The notes beneath the pieces were generated by a model. The model ran no database searches. It was not told the origin of the DNA and saw nothing but the letters and a program-made list of their open reading frames with translations. Position numbers and translations under genes: made by a program. Below are positions 9,517 through 21,900 of a stretch of DNA of 64,000 nucleotides, piece after piece. Numbering within the stretch: position 1 is the first letter of the stretch; each line of letters opens with the position of its first letter. This DNA comes from Candidatus Heimdallarchaeum endolithica (GTDB lineage Archaea; Asgardarchaeota; Heimdallarchaeia; Heimdallarchaeales; Heimdallarchaeaceae): assembly GCA_021513715.1 (NCBI GenBank), contig CP084167.1:96001-160000 (forward strand), given 5' to 3'.

Positions 9517-12500
9517 TTAATCTTCTTTTTTCATCCGTAGACTTTTAGAAACAACATCCTTCAACTGAATAACTAAACTATCTTTGCTTTGATCATCTAA
9601 ATCAAATACAAACGAATTATTTTCTTCCTCTATCTTAGTAATTAATTCCTTTCTTTTCTTTTTAGAGACATTTCCAAGAAAAGCTAGTTCATCAATCATT
9701 AGAATAGAATCATTGAATGGAATTGGTAATTGATTCTTCTCAAAAAACCTAACAAAAATAAGAATAAACTCTTTATCATCCAGATTGGGATAAAATTGCA
9801 TTTTTATTTTCATTAATCTTGCTATAGCTTTTCTTGTATAATCAATAAAATCGCTATTAGAAGCCTCAAGTGCATGATTGAGAGCAAGAAAAACTTGTTC
9901 CTCAGAATCAGTTAAAAACATCGATTCTAGATCATTCTTTATATTATGCTTGATATCACTTACAACTTCATCATCAAATTTAGTTTCGATATTTTCCCAC
10001 TTACCTGAATTTAGTTCTTCTTCAAGAAGTTCAGGAAGATTACTTGAGCTTCTTTCTATTTTATAAAACGAACATTTAACATGTATCTGGTCCAATAAAT
10101 TTAATCCTTTTTTCATTACCCTTTCTGCTATCTCATCAGACATTTGTTCAATAGATTCACCATCTTCTAATACATCATATAGTGAATTTAGATATTGTTC
10201 AAATTCATTTAACTCTGAATTAATATCAAAGTCTACTTTTTTTGCTTTTAAGAAGAAATCTTGTAATAAAAGGTAAAAGTCAATAATTTTACCTACTTTT
10301 TTACTTTTTCTTGAGAAAATTTGAATAGCTTTTTGTTCAACTTCCATTATTAAACTTAAAAAAGCTTCAACAGGATCTTGTTTATTTTTTAAATTGTTTC
10401 TAACTGTTTCTATGTGTTTAATAACCTCTGATTGATTTGAAGATTCCTTTCTTTCATTATGCTTTTTTTGGTAAGATTCTTCTTCAGTTTTACTAATTTT
10501 TTTTTCTTCAAAAATAGGTTTTCTCTCTTCTATTTCTTGAATATTGCTTTTTTCACTTTCTGTTATTGATTGAATTTCAAACTTAGACAACATTTTCTTT
10601 CCTAAAGGAGTTATTTTTGTCCAAAATTCTCCTTTTCTTCCTTCTTTATCTACTGTTTCATTAAAGATTAATCCTCTTAATTCTAACAATTTTACAGCGT
10701 TTTTCACTTCAGTTGTAGAATATATTGGAAAAAGATTAACCAATGATTCAGAGTTAATTCCCCTTTGAGCTTTTGAATCAAGCTTTTTTAGAATATCTAT
10801 CATAATTGGAAGAAGATTTTCCTCATCAAAGATTGGTTTAATTTCTTTTTTTTCTTTTGATTTATTTGAACTATCATCTTTTGTTTGGATAAAAGATGAA
10901 TATGCTCTAGAATTGGATTCTTTTTGTTCAGATAATGCTAGATCTTCCTTCTGTAAATAAGCAAGAAAGGGTTTTTCAAAAAAGTCCTCTCTTAAAATAA
11001 GAAAAGAATTTTGTGGAAGACGAAGAAGCATTTCTCTTTGTTCTTTTATCAAATTATGTGAATCAGAAATTAGTTTTGCGCACTTAGCAGATCGAAGATT
11101 AGCAATAATTCTATTATTTGCCAAATCAAAAGCTGTAAGAGCTAAATGAGAAGGAAAACTTGTAGTAAGTATAATATTTACAGGTAGCGAATCAAATAGT
11201 GTAAGTATTTTTGAAATAAAAGTTCTTTCAATCTCATTTGAAAAAAACAATTCAGCGTTATTAATTACAACTGTTACAGGTTTAGAAACTAAATCTGTTT
11301 GAAAAAATAAATAAAGTTGAAGTAATAAAGAATAAACGAATATTTTTTTTACTTTTATTGAATGTTTACTGAAGTCAACTACATGGTTCTGGTCTAATAA
11401 AGCTTCAATTCCATGTTTTCCATTAATATTAGTTACAGTACTAACAGAATTATCACTGATATCTGTAAAAACTGAGCGCAAAGCAGCTAACTGATAATCA
11501 GAAATTATTAATCCACCAGGTTCAGAAGTAAGCATTGTGTAAATATCATCAATAGTTACTGAACTATAATTAAAAGGAGTAAAGAGGTTATCTTCACTTT
11601 GTTCATATTCTTGAATGTAAAATTTAACTATTTCAGGAATTTGTAAAAGATTTTCATTTCTTACTTCTGTTACTTCTTTAACTATAAGTAAAAAATCACT
11701 CAAATAACGCCAATAATCTCTTTCTGTGAGTACTTTTCTCATAAACATGGGAGATAAAATGTTAAAAGTGAAATTCTCTCCTAAACTTAACTTAACATGC
11801 TTTTTTCTTATTTCTTCTTTTATATCCCCCAAAACTATGAATTTATTGTTTAAGTTTTCCAAAATTTTGGAGAGCAAAATGTTTCTTATTCTCTTATCTC
11901 CACACAAAAGAACAGGATAAGAGAAAGAGGGAGGAAAACCAATTTGTAACCCTTCTTCTGTTTTACCCAAAGAAAAAGCAGATTCTATTCTTGAAGGGGT
12001 AAAAAACACACTAGAAGTTCTCAAATCAACAGAAGGCCCAGGAAGAAAAATAGATTGGAATTCTGAATTTTTCTCTATTACTACAAATTCTTTAGCAAGT
12101 TCTGTTAGAAAGTCTTTAGATTTACTATCGACTATCGATGATTTATCTGTGACATTATAACAAACAATTTTTTCCAATAATTCTCCGGTTATTCTTCCTA
12201 CTGCTCCCAAAGATAAAAATAACTCTTTTAAATTGGATCTAACATTTTCTGCAAAATCCTCTAATAGTGTTTTCATTGAGAGAAGATTCACTGTTAGGTC
12301 ATAAGTTTTTGAAATTTTAAAAATATAATATGTCAAAAAAACATTTATTTCTTCTTGTTCCTTATTATCTAAACTTTGTCTTCCACCATTTTTTTCTTTT
12401 GTTATTTTTCGAAGTTTTGCTGGCAAAATAAACCTTTGAAGCATTATCTTTAAGCTTGAATCAATATTTAGAGGTAAAAAAAGGCTTTTAGTATCAGTTA

Positions 12501-12666
12501 CAAAAACAGTCTTTTTTTTCCCATAATCACCTTTTTTTTCAATTTCCTTCTTTTTTGGTCTAATTATAAAGGCGCAATATAATGTAATTTTATCATCTTT
12601 TTTTATAGAATATATTGCTTGATTTTTACCCTGGAATTTAGTTGTAGCAATAACTGTTCCCTTCAT
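9517..12666 (-). CDS. HerA/VirB4(CedB)-like P-loop protein with degenerate Walker motifs, wHTH and helical C-terminus
   Basis: Motif order fits the HerA/FtsK fold: VLLCGDKRIR (degenerate Walker A), HVVDFS, VTVVINNAELFF (Walker B DEAH replaced by NNAE), IILTTSFPSHL, NNRIIANL, LLRLPQNSF. wHTH ends KITPLGKKML. Confidence 0.6.
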   Translation of the reverse strand: MKGTVIATTKFQGKNQAIYSIKKDDKITLYCAFIIRPKKKEIEKKGDYGKKKTVFVTDTKSLFLPLNIDSSLKIMLQRFILPAKLRKITKEKNGGRQSLDNKEQEEINVFLTYYIFKISKTYDLTVNLLSMKTLLEDFAENVRSNLKELFLSLGAVGRITGELLEKIVCYNVTDKSSIVDSKSKDFLTELAKEFVVIEKNSEFQSIFLPGPSVDLRTSSVFFTPSRIESAFSLGKTEEGLQIGFPPSFSYPVLLCGDKRIRNILLSKILENLNNKFIVLGDIKEEIRKKHVKLSLGENFTFNILSPMFMRKVLTERDYWRYLSDFLLIVKEVTEVRNENLLQIPEIVKFYIQEYEQSEDNLFTPFNYSSVTIDDIYTMLTSEPGGLIISDYQLAALRSVFTDISDNSVSTVTNINGKHGIEALLDQNHVVDFSKHSIKVKKIFVYSLLLQLYLFFQTDLVSKPVTVVINNAELFFSNEIERTFISKILTLFDSLPVNIILTTSFPSHLALTAFDLANNRIIANLRSAKCAKLISDSHNLIKEQREMLLRLPQNSFLILREDFFEKPFLAYLQKEDLALSEQKESNSRAYSSFIQTKDDSSNKSKEKKEIKPIFDEENLLPIMIDILKKLDSKAQRGINSESLVNLFPIYSTTEVKNAVKLLELRGLIFNETVDKEGRKGEFWTKITPLGKKMLSKFEIQSITESEKSNIQEIEERKPIFEEKKISKTEEESYQKKHNERKESSNQSEVIKHIETVRNNLKNKQDPVEAFLSLIMEVEQKAIQIFSRKSKKVGKIIDFYLLLQDFFLKAKKVDFDINSELNEFEQYLNSLYDVLEDGESIEQMSDEIAERVMKKGLNLLDQIHVKCSFYKIERSSSNLPELLEEELNSGKWENIETKFDDEVVSDIKHNIKNDLESMFLTDSEEQVFLALNHALEASNSDFIDYTRKAIARLMKIKMQFYPNLDDKEFILIFVRFFEKNQLPIPFNDSILMIDELAFLGNVSKKKRKELITKIEEENNSFVFDLDDQSKDSLVIQLKDVVSKSLRMKKED

Positions 12667-12690
12667 CAGCTAAATTATAAACAAAATTGT

Positions 12691-12706
12691 TTTTAAAAGA
12701 GAGAAA
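12691..12706 (-). promoter_or_regulatory. Cluster promoter motif TTTCTC-TC-TTTTAAAA
   Basis: 25 bp upstream of ATG 12666. Confidence 0.6.
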
Positions 12707-12723
12707 ATTTGGATATGCTTAGT

Positions 12724-13197
12724 TCAATCAGCTATTTTTTCATTCTTTTTCAATTTCTTAACAAAGTGTTCTAGTACCTCATCTCTTAAAGAAATATCCA
12801 TAGAATCAGGAAAAACTACAGGTTTTAGTGTTTCTATGATGTAACCATCATATAAAATTTCAATTACCCCAATTCCTTCGTTTTTAGCCCATTCAAGTTG
12901 TTTTTCTCTATAATAGCTATCATCATAAGGAGTAGCTACATATAACATATCACAAAAAGGTCTATAAATTTGAGGATGAGGAAGCCACAAACCGTTTTCT
13001 GCTTCAACAAAAATAATTTTATCTGCAACGATATCATAACAAGCAAGATCAATGCGAATGCTTTTTCTATTTTCTAAAAAAGGATAATTAATGTTCTTTC
13101 CCACCAAAGGTATTTGTAACTCTTTTACACATACTTTATTATCAAATCTCCAAGTCTCTGTTATTCTTTTTATTACTTCTTGTTCAGAATACATCAA
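12724..13197 (-). CDS. PD-(D/E)XK nuclease-fold protein, MmcB-like
   Basis: E..RIDL...IFVEAE, Q.YRPFCDMLYVATP and GIGVIEI pattern. Confidence 0.6.
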   Translation of the reverse strand: MMYSEQEVIKRITETWRFDNKVCVKELQIPLVGKNINYPFLENRKSIRIDLACYDIVADKIIFVEAENGLWLPHPQIYRPFCDMLYVATPYDDSYYREKQLEWAKNEGIGVIEILYDGYIIETLKPVVFPDSMDISLRDEVLEHFVKKLKKNEKIAD

Positions 13198-13235
13198 TCA
13201 TAGACATCCTTTTTATTAGTTAATCCAAAGAATAC

Positions 13236-13251
13236 TATTTAAAGGGAAAAA
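13236..13251 (-). promoter_or_regulatory. Cluster promoter motif variant TTTTTC-CC-TTTAAATA
   Basis: About 40 bp upstream of the 13197 start. Weaker match. Confidence 0.4.
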
Positions 13252-13253
13252 AT

Positions 13254-13886
13254 TTATTCAGACACTATCATCAAATCTTTAATTCCTTCTTTGTCAATTG
13301 TGAAACTAGAAACAGTATTTTCATTAACAATTAGAGATCTTTTGATATTATTTCCATTAGCATCTAAATGGTTTCTACAATTTTTAATTGACAAAAAAAC
13401 AGATAAATCACAAAAACTTTCAATTAAGGAATACAAAGGAGCTGGGTTTTTTATTGAAAAACTATTAATGATAACGACAGTACAATTGGTTTGCGAGGAG
13501 AAAATAAATAGTTGTTCAAGTATCTTTCTTACTTGATTTTTCACTTCTTCTTTGTATAGCATTCCTCTTACAAAATCAGAAATAAAATCTATTGCAACTA
13601 GCCCTATTTTTTTTTCAAAACTTGAAATAGTTTGAATCTTTTCAAAAAGATCATTTAAGTTTGTTGTTTTAGTTAAATAAAATTCTTCAAGACTTTTCTT
13701 GTCTAGAATCTGCTTTGCTCTTTTTGTAATTGCTTTTTCATGCGAAGTAAAGAAATATATTGTAGAACGAGGAAAAACACTTTTAGACAATTGAATTGCT
13801 AAAGTAGTCTTTCCACATGCTGGGGGACCATAGAGATGTATCATTTTTTCATTTTTAGCTAAAGCCCATTTATACAAATGGATCAC
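13254..13886 (-). CDS. radB: RadB-like RecA-superfamily ATPase
   Basis: IHLYGPPACGKTTLAIQL, VAIDFISDFVR, VVIINS, FTIDKEGI. Core-only, ~210 aa. Confidence 0.7.
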   Translation of the reverse strand: MIHLYKWALAKNEKMIHLYGPPACGKTTLAIQLSKSVFPRSTIYFFTSHEKAITKRAKQILDKKSLEEFYLTKTTNLNDLFEKIQTISSFEKKIGLVAIDFISDFVRGMLYKEEVKNQVRKILEQLFIFSSQTNCTVVIINSFSIKNPAPLYSLIESFCDLSVFLSIKNCRNHLDANGNNIKRSLIVNENTVSSFTIDKEGIKDLMIVSE

Positions 13887-14508
13887 CGATAACTTTTTTC
13901 ATATCTTCTATATTCTCTTCATCTTCTTCACTATACCTGTAAAAGGGAGTAGCTAAAAGAACAAGTATCACTGTAGTTAAGATATCAAGCGAAACTGAAG
14001 TAAACTCTACGATTGAAAAAACTACTATTATCACAAAAACCCATTTTAGGAAATAAAATAATGAAGAGTGAAGGCTAATATCACTAAATAATTTTAATTC
14101 TTCAAAGTTCGGTATACTAAAAGCCAAGCTTAACGAAGCAATAATATAAAGCAATATTCCAAAGAATTTGTAACCTGAAGGATAGATTTTCCCTGCAAAA
14201 TAAAATAACCAACTTGATAGATAACTCAGGATAAATAATGGCATAATTACAATTGTTGTTGCTAGACAGTCCATATTGATTACTTTTTTTGTTTTAATTA
14301 TACCATTTTCCCAATTAATATTCTCAACAGGTACTCTATAAACCCAATAAAACAGACGCTTAATAGGTAAACTAAAAAGTAACCCTATAGCTAAAAGATG
14401 TTTATAAACAGGTTTTAAAAGAGTAGAAAGTAGAATATTAATTAAAAGAGCTGATAACCATATTTCAACAAAGAGATTCAAAAAATTCAAAAATACTACT
14501 TCTATCAT
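13870..14508 (-). CDS. Multi-pass membrane protein, paralogue of 22350-23090 (M50/DUF3267-like, no HExxH)
   Basis: About 5-6 TM segments. AFSIPNFEELKL aligns with FFSIPDVQDLML of the paralogue. Confidence 0.55.
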   Translation of the reverse strand: MIEVVFLNFLNLFVEIWLSALLINILLSTLLKPVYKHLLAIGLLFSLPIKRLFYWVYRVPVENINWENGIIKTKKVINMDCLATTIVIMPLFILSYLSSWLFYFAGKIYPSGYKFFGILLYIIASLSLAFSIPNFEELKLFSDISLHSSLFYFLKWVFVIIVVFSIVEFTSVSLDILTTVILVLLATPFYRYSEEDEENIEDMKKVIGDPFV

Positions 14509-14517
14509 TAAAACCCC

Positions 14518-15930
14518 TCAAGATTCTGATAATGATTTGACTGAAGGTCTAGGAATTGAAGAAGAAACTTTGATACCAACTGGTTTCACCTCATTTTTTT
14601 TCTTTTTGTTATTAATTTTTTGAGAAAGAAAAGCTAACAACTCTCTTTTTACTTTAGGATTTAGATCAGTAAACATACATTCTTTTACAAGTTGTTCTGA
14701 AAATTCTTCTATTTCTTCTGAACTTGGAGTTTCAAAAGTTTTAAACGATTCAAACTTCTCTAGTTTAAAGAAACTTGGATAAAAGAAGGAATAGTTTTTC
14801 TTTTCTACAAAGAGCTGAATAAGTTTTAGAAAATCATCTTCTGAGACAGGAAACTTTGCATTTAATTGATGTTCAAGAGCTTTTTTATAAAAGACTTTTG
14901 ACATTTCAATAAAATTATCAAAAGAATAAGTAAGTTCAGATAATAATATGTCTTTTTTTTCAGCGACCTTTAACAGTTGTTCTTTTGTAAGTCTTTTGTT
15001 GATTGAAAAGGGTTGGAAACTGTTACAATTTCTATTTTCTAATTTTTGTTCTACTTCTTTTCTAGATAATTTTGGGTTATTATTTTCATTATTGATTACT
15101 GGATTTTCTTCTATAACCTCTTGCTCCTCTTTTTTTGTTTCTTCATTTGTGTTATACAACACTTCAGAATAAAGAGGAAAAAGTTCACTAAGTATTGTAT
15201 CATCAACTGCTTCCAATTCTAAATTATTGTCTCTTTTTAATTCTGCAACTATAACTTCTATTTTTGAGAAAAACTGCTCATTTTCCTTTAATAATTGAGA
15301 AAAGTTTTTGTTTTTTGTTTTATACTCTTTACCAAGGAAAAGCAAGTATTCTCCCTTATCTGTATCTAATACTGAAAAATCTATTTCCTTCATTTCATTT
15401 CTCAAAGGATAATTCAATAACGAAGAAAATGTATATCCTTCTTCTTTGTTTCCTGTACTTAATATGCTTACTAAAAATACTGGAATGATTTTGCTTTTAT
15501 TAACAAGAAAATTTTTTTTTCCATTTTTTTCTCGAAGGATAAATACTGATTTTAAAGAATAACTTTCTTTAGTTGGACTACTATCTTCCTCACTTAAGAG
15601 AGCAGAAGAAACTTCTTTCTCTACTATCTCTTCTCTTTGATTACGATAACCTACTAATTTTTTTCCTAATTCTGTTGAAGCATTAACTACTATAAGAGAA
15701 ATGAATACAGGTAGAAATACCCTTAACCATAGTAAATGTACAGGCATAAATACTGTGATGAAGTAAAATGAACTCCCCCAAAAGACAATCCAGATTAATG
15801 CAACTAAAAATAGTGGAAGCTTTCCCTGTTCTCTGACCTTGACAACAATTGAATTTGATATTTTATCTAGTAGTCTATTGTACATTTTTTTTAATAAGGG
15901 TAGTTTTCTTTTTTTCTCTTTATTGTTCAT
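14518..15930 (-). CDS. Two-TM membrane protein with large soluble domain (possible VirB3/VirB4-N-like accessory)
   Basis: Two N-terminal TMs. LELEAVDDTILSELF resembles the ITGELLEKIV segment of 9517-12666. Function inferred. Confidence 0.5.
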   Translation of the reverse strand: MNNKEKKRKLPLLKKMYNRLLDKISNSIVVKVREQGKLPLFLVALIWIVFWGSSFYFITVFMPVHLLWLRVFLPVFISLIVVNASTELGKKLVGYRNQREEIVEKEVSSALLSEEDSSPTKESYSLKSVFILREKNGKKNFLVNKSKIIPVFLVSILSTGNKEEGYTFSSLLNYPLRNEMKEIDFSVLDTDKGEYLLFLGKEYKTKNKNFSQLLKENEQFFSKIEVIVAELKRDNNLELEAVDDTILSELFPLYSEVLYNTNEETKKEEQEVIEENPVINNENNNPKLSRKEVEQKLENRNCNSFQPFSINKRLTKEQLLKVAEKKDILLSELTYSFDNFIEMSKVFYKKALEHQLNAKFPVSEDDFLKLIQLFVEKKNYSFFYPSFFKLEKFESFKTFETPSSEEIEEFSEQLVKECMFTDLNPKVKRELLAFLSQKINNKKKKNEVKPVGIKVSSSIPRPSVKSLSES

Positions 15931-15964
15931 TGATTCAACCTTACTAGGATTATTTCGTAATTTA

Positions 15965-15980
15965 TTTATAAAGAAAGAAA
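15965..15980 (-). promoter_or_regulatory. Cluster promoter motif TTTCTT-TC-TTTATAAA
   Basis: 35 bp upstream of ATG 15930. Twenty nt are identical to the site starting at 30884. Confidence 0.65.
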
Positions 15981-15987
15981 AAATGGT

Positions 15988-18900
15988 TTAATTTTTTCTA
16001 AGATACTTGAAAATGTCTTTCTTAGAATAAATTATCAACCCTATAACACTTACAGGAATTGAAATTAACATATGTATCATATTCATCTTTGGAATTTTCA
16101 CATTTTCTGTATAAGTTCTAACAATATCCTCAACTTCGATATCTATCATAGTGTCTTCGTAGATTACATCCCCATCAAAAGCAACTCTAATCATAGTTGT
16201 TCCTTCAGGAAAAGTGCTAACATCTAAATGCAGATAACCTTTATCATCTGTCAGAAGAGTACGATTTTCTAATATGTGATGCATAACATCCAAGAAGAAT
16301 ATTGTCGTTTCTGCATTAGATATGCTTCTATTTTCTGAATCTAGTAAAAGTAAAGTTAAAAGGTATTCAGTTTTATTTTCTTTATAAACTATTTTTGTTG
16401 GTTGAGGAATTATAAGAATAGTAAATGAAGCATTAAAAGTATTGTAATATTCATTTCCTTCAAATTGTACATTTACTTGATATTCTCCTACATAGAAATT
16501 TGTAAGCATAAAGTTAATTATTTTTACTCCTGTTTGATTTTTTTCTCCAACAAGAACACTAAATTCTAAATCTGTTTCATTCTTAAATGGGATAATTTCT
16601 ACGATCAACGGAATACTTGAATTATAGTAAAAAGTATCTTGATTATACTGAAAAGTTATGTTTCTCTTGAGAACTTGAATAAATAAGCTTTGTTCGCTAC
16701 TATAGAAGAAATCATTTTCTTCTACAATTACAGTTATATTCAAATTACCTGTTGATTCCATTACAAAACTTATAGAAAAATAGTTATCCTCTTCTACAAT
16801 CTCAAAATCATCAGACAAGTATTCTGTATTGTTAACGAATAGTTTAATTCTATCTTTTTCTATTGGATAATCTGTACTTATATTTAATGTAAATGTTTCA
16901 AAAACATAAATTTCGGAATTACTAGTTGTAATTTCAAGGTTTAATTCAAGTTTCAATATCTTTATTGTTTTTACAATTTCTTGACTCTTAAAGTTTTCAT
17001 TGTCAAACTCAAAATAAAATGCGATTTCATATTCTCCTGGAAGGAAATCAAATACTGAATGAGATATATCAAATTCACCTAGTTCTCCAAATTCTAAAAT
17101 AGAGAATATAGTATTATTGATCTTGATATACACCTTTCCTGAAGAATTATAATCACCTTTAAAAGAAATTTTTCCAATAATATTTTCTGTACTATTTGTA
17201 TTAAATTCAAGGTTAGAAACTATAATTGAATATTCTCCATAACCTCTTGATGACTCAAATGAATAAATAGTTTCTAGAATTGTTTCAGTGTTTTCTATAA
17301 GAAACTCAATTGTCATATTTCCAGATGGAAAATCACTTGGAATATCGAAAACAAATTCTCCTTTATCATTGGTCAACACTTTATCAGAATAGTTTAAATT
17401 GTCAATTCTTAGTTCTATACTTATTCCTTCCAGAGGTAGAGTAAGAGTACCACAAATAGAGGCCCCTATACCATAGTTCATCAGGTCAGAATCAGTAATC
17501 AAGATTTCAGGTTTGTATTTCACTTTAATTTCAATTGATTCAAAGGTTGAGTAATATAGGTTATCTCCTGCATAAGAAACTTGTAAAATGTAATTTCCTA
17601 CCTCTAAATCATCAGGGATAACAAATGACCCTACGCCTTCAATATTTGTTTCTGCAATAGTTATTAATGAACCATTAAGTGTTATAGAAACTTGTCCTTC
17701 GATTCCTGAATCATTATTATACGAGTAAAGTTTGAATTCTATAAGCTCTCCTTTTCCATATTCTATTGTAGTAGAAAAGTTAGAAATTTCTAACTCTGAA
17801 GTAATTTTAGAGATAGAAAAGTAAATTGACTGATTAGCAGGTAAGAAATATTCATTTCCATTAAATATGGCACTCAAAAGGTATTCTCCTGGATCTAAAG
17901 TTAAGATTGTAGAAAAAGCACCATTTTCATCTGTTTGAAGAATATCATAACCACTTCCATTTATTTTAATATATATAATTTCATCTTCTAAAGGATAGGT
18001 TCCTTCAATTTTTCCTTTTAGGAAAGCAAGAGTATCATCATATTCAATATTTAGAGAACTAAAGACACAATTTGATTTGTAAATATTAATATTCACAGAA
18101 ACAGCATTTGTTGAATATATTTCATTTCCCTCATAAATTATCTCTCCAATATAATTTCCAGGTAGATAGTTGATATCTATTACAATTACTGCTACTCCTG
18201 TAAAGTTAGTTAAAGCTAAGTAACTATTGTTATCAAAGTTTAGTTTGATATATTGATTAGATAGAGATTCTCCATTAGAAGTTAATGAAACAAATATATT
18301 AGTTGAAGATTGAGAATAAACTCCTTCTTCTACATAAACTTTAATCTCTGTTTGCTCTTTATCTTTCTCTGCTTGAATATTTAAAGATGATTCTTGATAA
18401 ATCTCATTTCCTTTATATCCAATGTTTACAGAATACAAACTTGGAGTAACATTCAATATTTCAATTCTTGCTTGACCATATTCATTAGTAAAATTAGTTC
18501 CAACCAGTGAATTATTTACGTAAAAATAGATTATTTGTCCTTCCACTGGTTCTGAAGAGCTAGATAAATTGGCTGTTATTACCATTGTATCATTTATAAA
18601 CTCAATATTTCCAGTTAAAGTAGAAGAAAGCTTATAGATATAAACACTTGTACTTCTTGAACTTGGATTAATGTAATTATTTCCTTCTATTTGAACTTCA
18701 ATATTATAATAGTTTGGAAGTAGAAGAATAACAAATGAATAAGCTCCATCAGATAAAGTTGTAGTTGAAAGGGTAAATGTTTCATTAATAAACAAATTTA
18801 CAGTTATACTTTCAATTCCTTGACCTTTTGAATTTTCGATATATCCACTAATCTCATAGGTTTCTGAATAAAAACTATCATCAGCTAGTAGAATAACATT

Positions 18901-21900
18901 AGTCTCTATTTTATTAACAACAAGAGAATAGCTGACAGACACGCCCTTATATCTACTATCTTCATTGAAAGTAACATTTACTGTATATACTTCAGATGGT
19001 AAAATTGGAATAGTCCAAATAGCATAACCTGAACTATTAGTAAATAAAAACGATGAATACCCATTAGATAATGAAATGTTTAATTGGAGATTTGGAACCC
19101 CGCCATTAATTGAATAAACATAAAATTCCATTGTTCTTGTTTCATTACAAGTCATAACTAAATCTGAACTTTGGATGTATAGATCAGCTTTAATTATTTC
19201 AAATTCTTGTGTGCAAGAAGAGGAAATATAATTAGTTTGATTTAAAACAACTGCTTTAAAGTAATAATTTCCTGAATTTAAGTCTATAGTCCAATAAAAA
19301 CTTCCAAAACCGTTTGCATCTGTTGATATTTGACTTAACAATAACCCATCAATGTAAAAGTTTAATTCTACTTCTATTGGTTGTCCAAATTGATCAACAA
19401 CTGTAAAATTAATCCTAATTTCATGCCCATATTGTTCTTGTGTTGGTGCTTCCATACTTACAGAAGTATGATAACCTATTTGGAATAATTTTACATTTGA
19501 GGATGACTCTATCCAATCGTCGGTTTGAGCAACTATTACTTTCCAGTTAAATTCTCCCACTTTATCTGGACTTGTAATATTCAGTGTAGCTATTCCTGTT
19601 TCGTTAGTAAAACCTATTCCTAAAAGTATCCATTGTTCATCATATAGATAAAATTCTACTCTTACATTTGCAGGATTTGTTCCTAAATCAGAATAAACAT
19701 AGCTTGATAAATAAATTAGAGAATTTGCGTTACAAGTGAAATCTTCAATTTCAACATTCAAACTTATTGGTGATGAAATTATTGTTCTCGTTAAATTAAT
19801 ATTGTTGTAATGATTATCGCTTTCAAAAGCTACTGTAAAAGTGACATTTGTTCCAAAATTTACTTGGTAGTCAAAGTAAAACCATCCTTCTGCATTAGTA
19901 AAGACAAAGTAGTTTTCTTCCAGAATAGTTATTTTTATCTCTTTTTCAGCTAAATATACTCCAGAATCTATTAGCAAACCTGATATCGTAATTGTTTCTT
20001 GATTCTGTGTTGTTAAATCTTGAACATGTAAAATTTCTGCATCTCTCCTTATACATAGAAGATTACTCTCTTGTGAATAAGTTTCATAATAGGAGATTTC
20101 ATTGTTAGAACCATAATAATTTTCTACATGAATGGTGATAACAAGTTCTTGATCAACTTCTACATCTAAAGTTAAATTCAATGAAAAATGTCCTTGAGAA
20201 TTCGTTTCTGTAGTATAAAGGTAAATAATCCAATTATCGGACACACTTGGATCTGTAATTAGTACAGTAATATTTGCATTTACTATTGGATTTCCATTTG
20301 TATCTGACACATTTCCTTCTAAAATCAACGAAGAATTATATACATATTCAATAGAAGAAGGCAAATTACAGTCTAGTATACTAGAGGAAGCATACAATTC
20401 AAATTGAAGATTTTCTTCAATAAAATAATAATTTGAATCAGAAATTCGAATTATTAGAGTATATTTTCCTGGTTCTTTAAAATAAGCAGGAATAGTTACT
20501 TGACCATATCCAGTATCATTTGTAAATGCATAACCTAGAGAGATATATTCATCAAAGAAAGGATCATACAAAAGTGATTCAAATTCTATGTTTGTTACAG
20601 AATCATTTTCTGGATCCTTAACTTCAAAAGAGAAGTAGGTATCATTTATCCAATTATTAACTGTATTATTATCTGTACTATATATTTGCAAACTAGATTT
20701 CAGTACTTCTATATCTCCATATTGGGTATCAGGATATAAATACAAATCTGAATCTAAATCAATGTTTATCCAATATTTATTATTATAATATCCTACATCC
20801 CAATTAACTGAATAACTATGAGTTTTTGCATAACCATTTTCATCAGTTATGTCATAGACAAAAATTTTTCCCTCTACATAAAAGAATACCATTACTCCAG
20901 ATATTGGAGTATTATCGTTATCATGCACTTGAATTTTTAAACTAAAAGTCTCAAGTTTGTCTGAATCACTCTGATTTCCATAAATTGTTTGAACTAATGG
21001 AGTTTCAATAATAACTTGTTCTTTTTCAGTTTCAGTATAATTAAAAGCTTCTAGCTCTTGTGTTACTGCTTTAAAGTAATAATATCCTGAAGCTTTTGAG
21101 ATTAAGAAATTTATCTTTGCTATTCCTGTACTATCTGAAATAGAAGAACCAATTTCTATCCATGAAGAATTATCTTCCGAGTAGTAGAAATATATAGTTT
21201 GATTTTCCAGTTCTTGATTATAGTAGTTTTTAACATAAGCTTTTAACTCTATATAATCACTATATTCTGCGTTAGTAGGACTTTCTAATGATAAATATTC
21301 TGGAATATTTTCATCAATTATTCTAAAATCTGAAGAATCACAAGAAAGATCATACATTCCTGAATCATCATAGTAAAAAGCTGCTAAAGTATGATACTTA
21401 AAATTAGATTGAGATGATTGATAAGTGATTGTAGTTTCTCCATTACTGGATGAAGAAATAGTTTTTTCTGTTAACTTTAGCCCAGAAAACAATCTTATTT
21501 TTGCATCTATTCCTTGTTCTAAACCCCATGAACCCCCTGAAAAAACATATACTTGATTGTCATCATATTCTTCAGAATCAAGTGATGTTTCTATTCTTAA
21601 TGAGTTATCTCCTTCCAAGACTATAAAATAAGTTGTACCTACTAACAAAGAATTGTCTATTTTAGTAGTAGTTGGGTTGTCATAGAAAGCATAAAATCCA
21701 GAAAAACCAGATTGAGAATTATAATATCTAAAAGACAACTCACTTTTAGCCATATAATCTGTAGAATAGTTATTTAAATCAGAAGTAAGATAAACATTTA
21801 TTATATCTCCTGATAAATCTGCTAAATTTGAGATATCAAAATAAACAGCCATGTAATTTGCTGGAGAATCTAAAGTGAAACTTACAGCCAACTTACTTGA

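Noticed and set aside
12704-12720. AAATTTGGATATGC resembling the IS5 TIR
   Set aside because: Single partial match in a short intergenic promoter region, with no partner end or transposase sequence.
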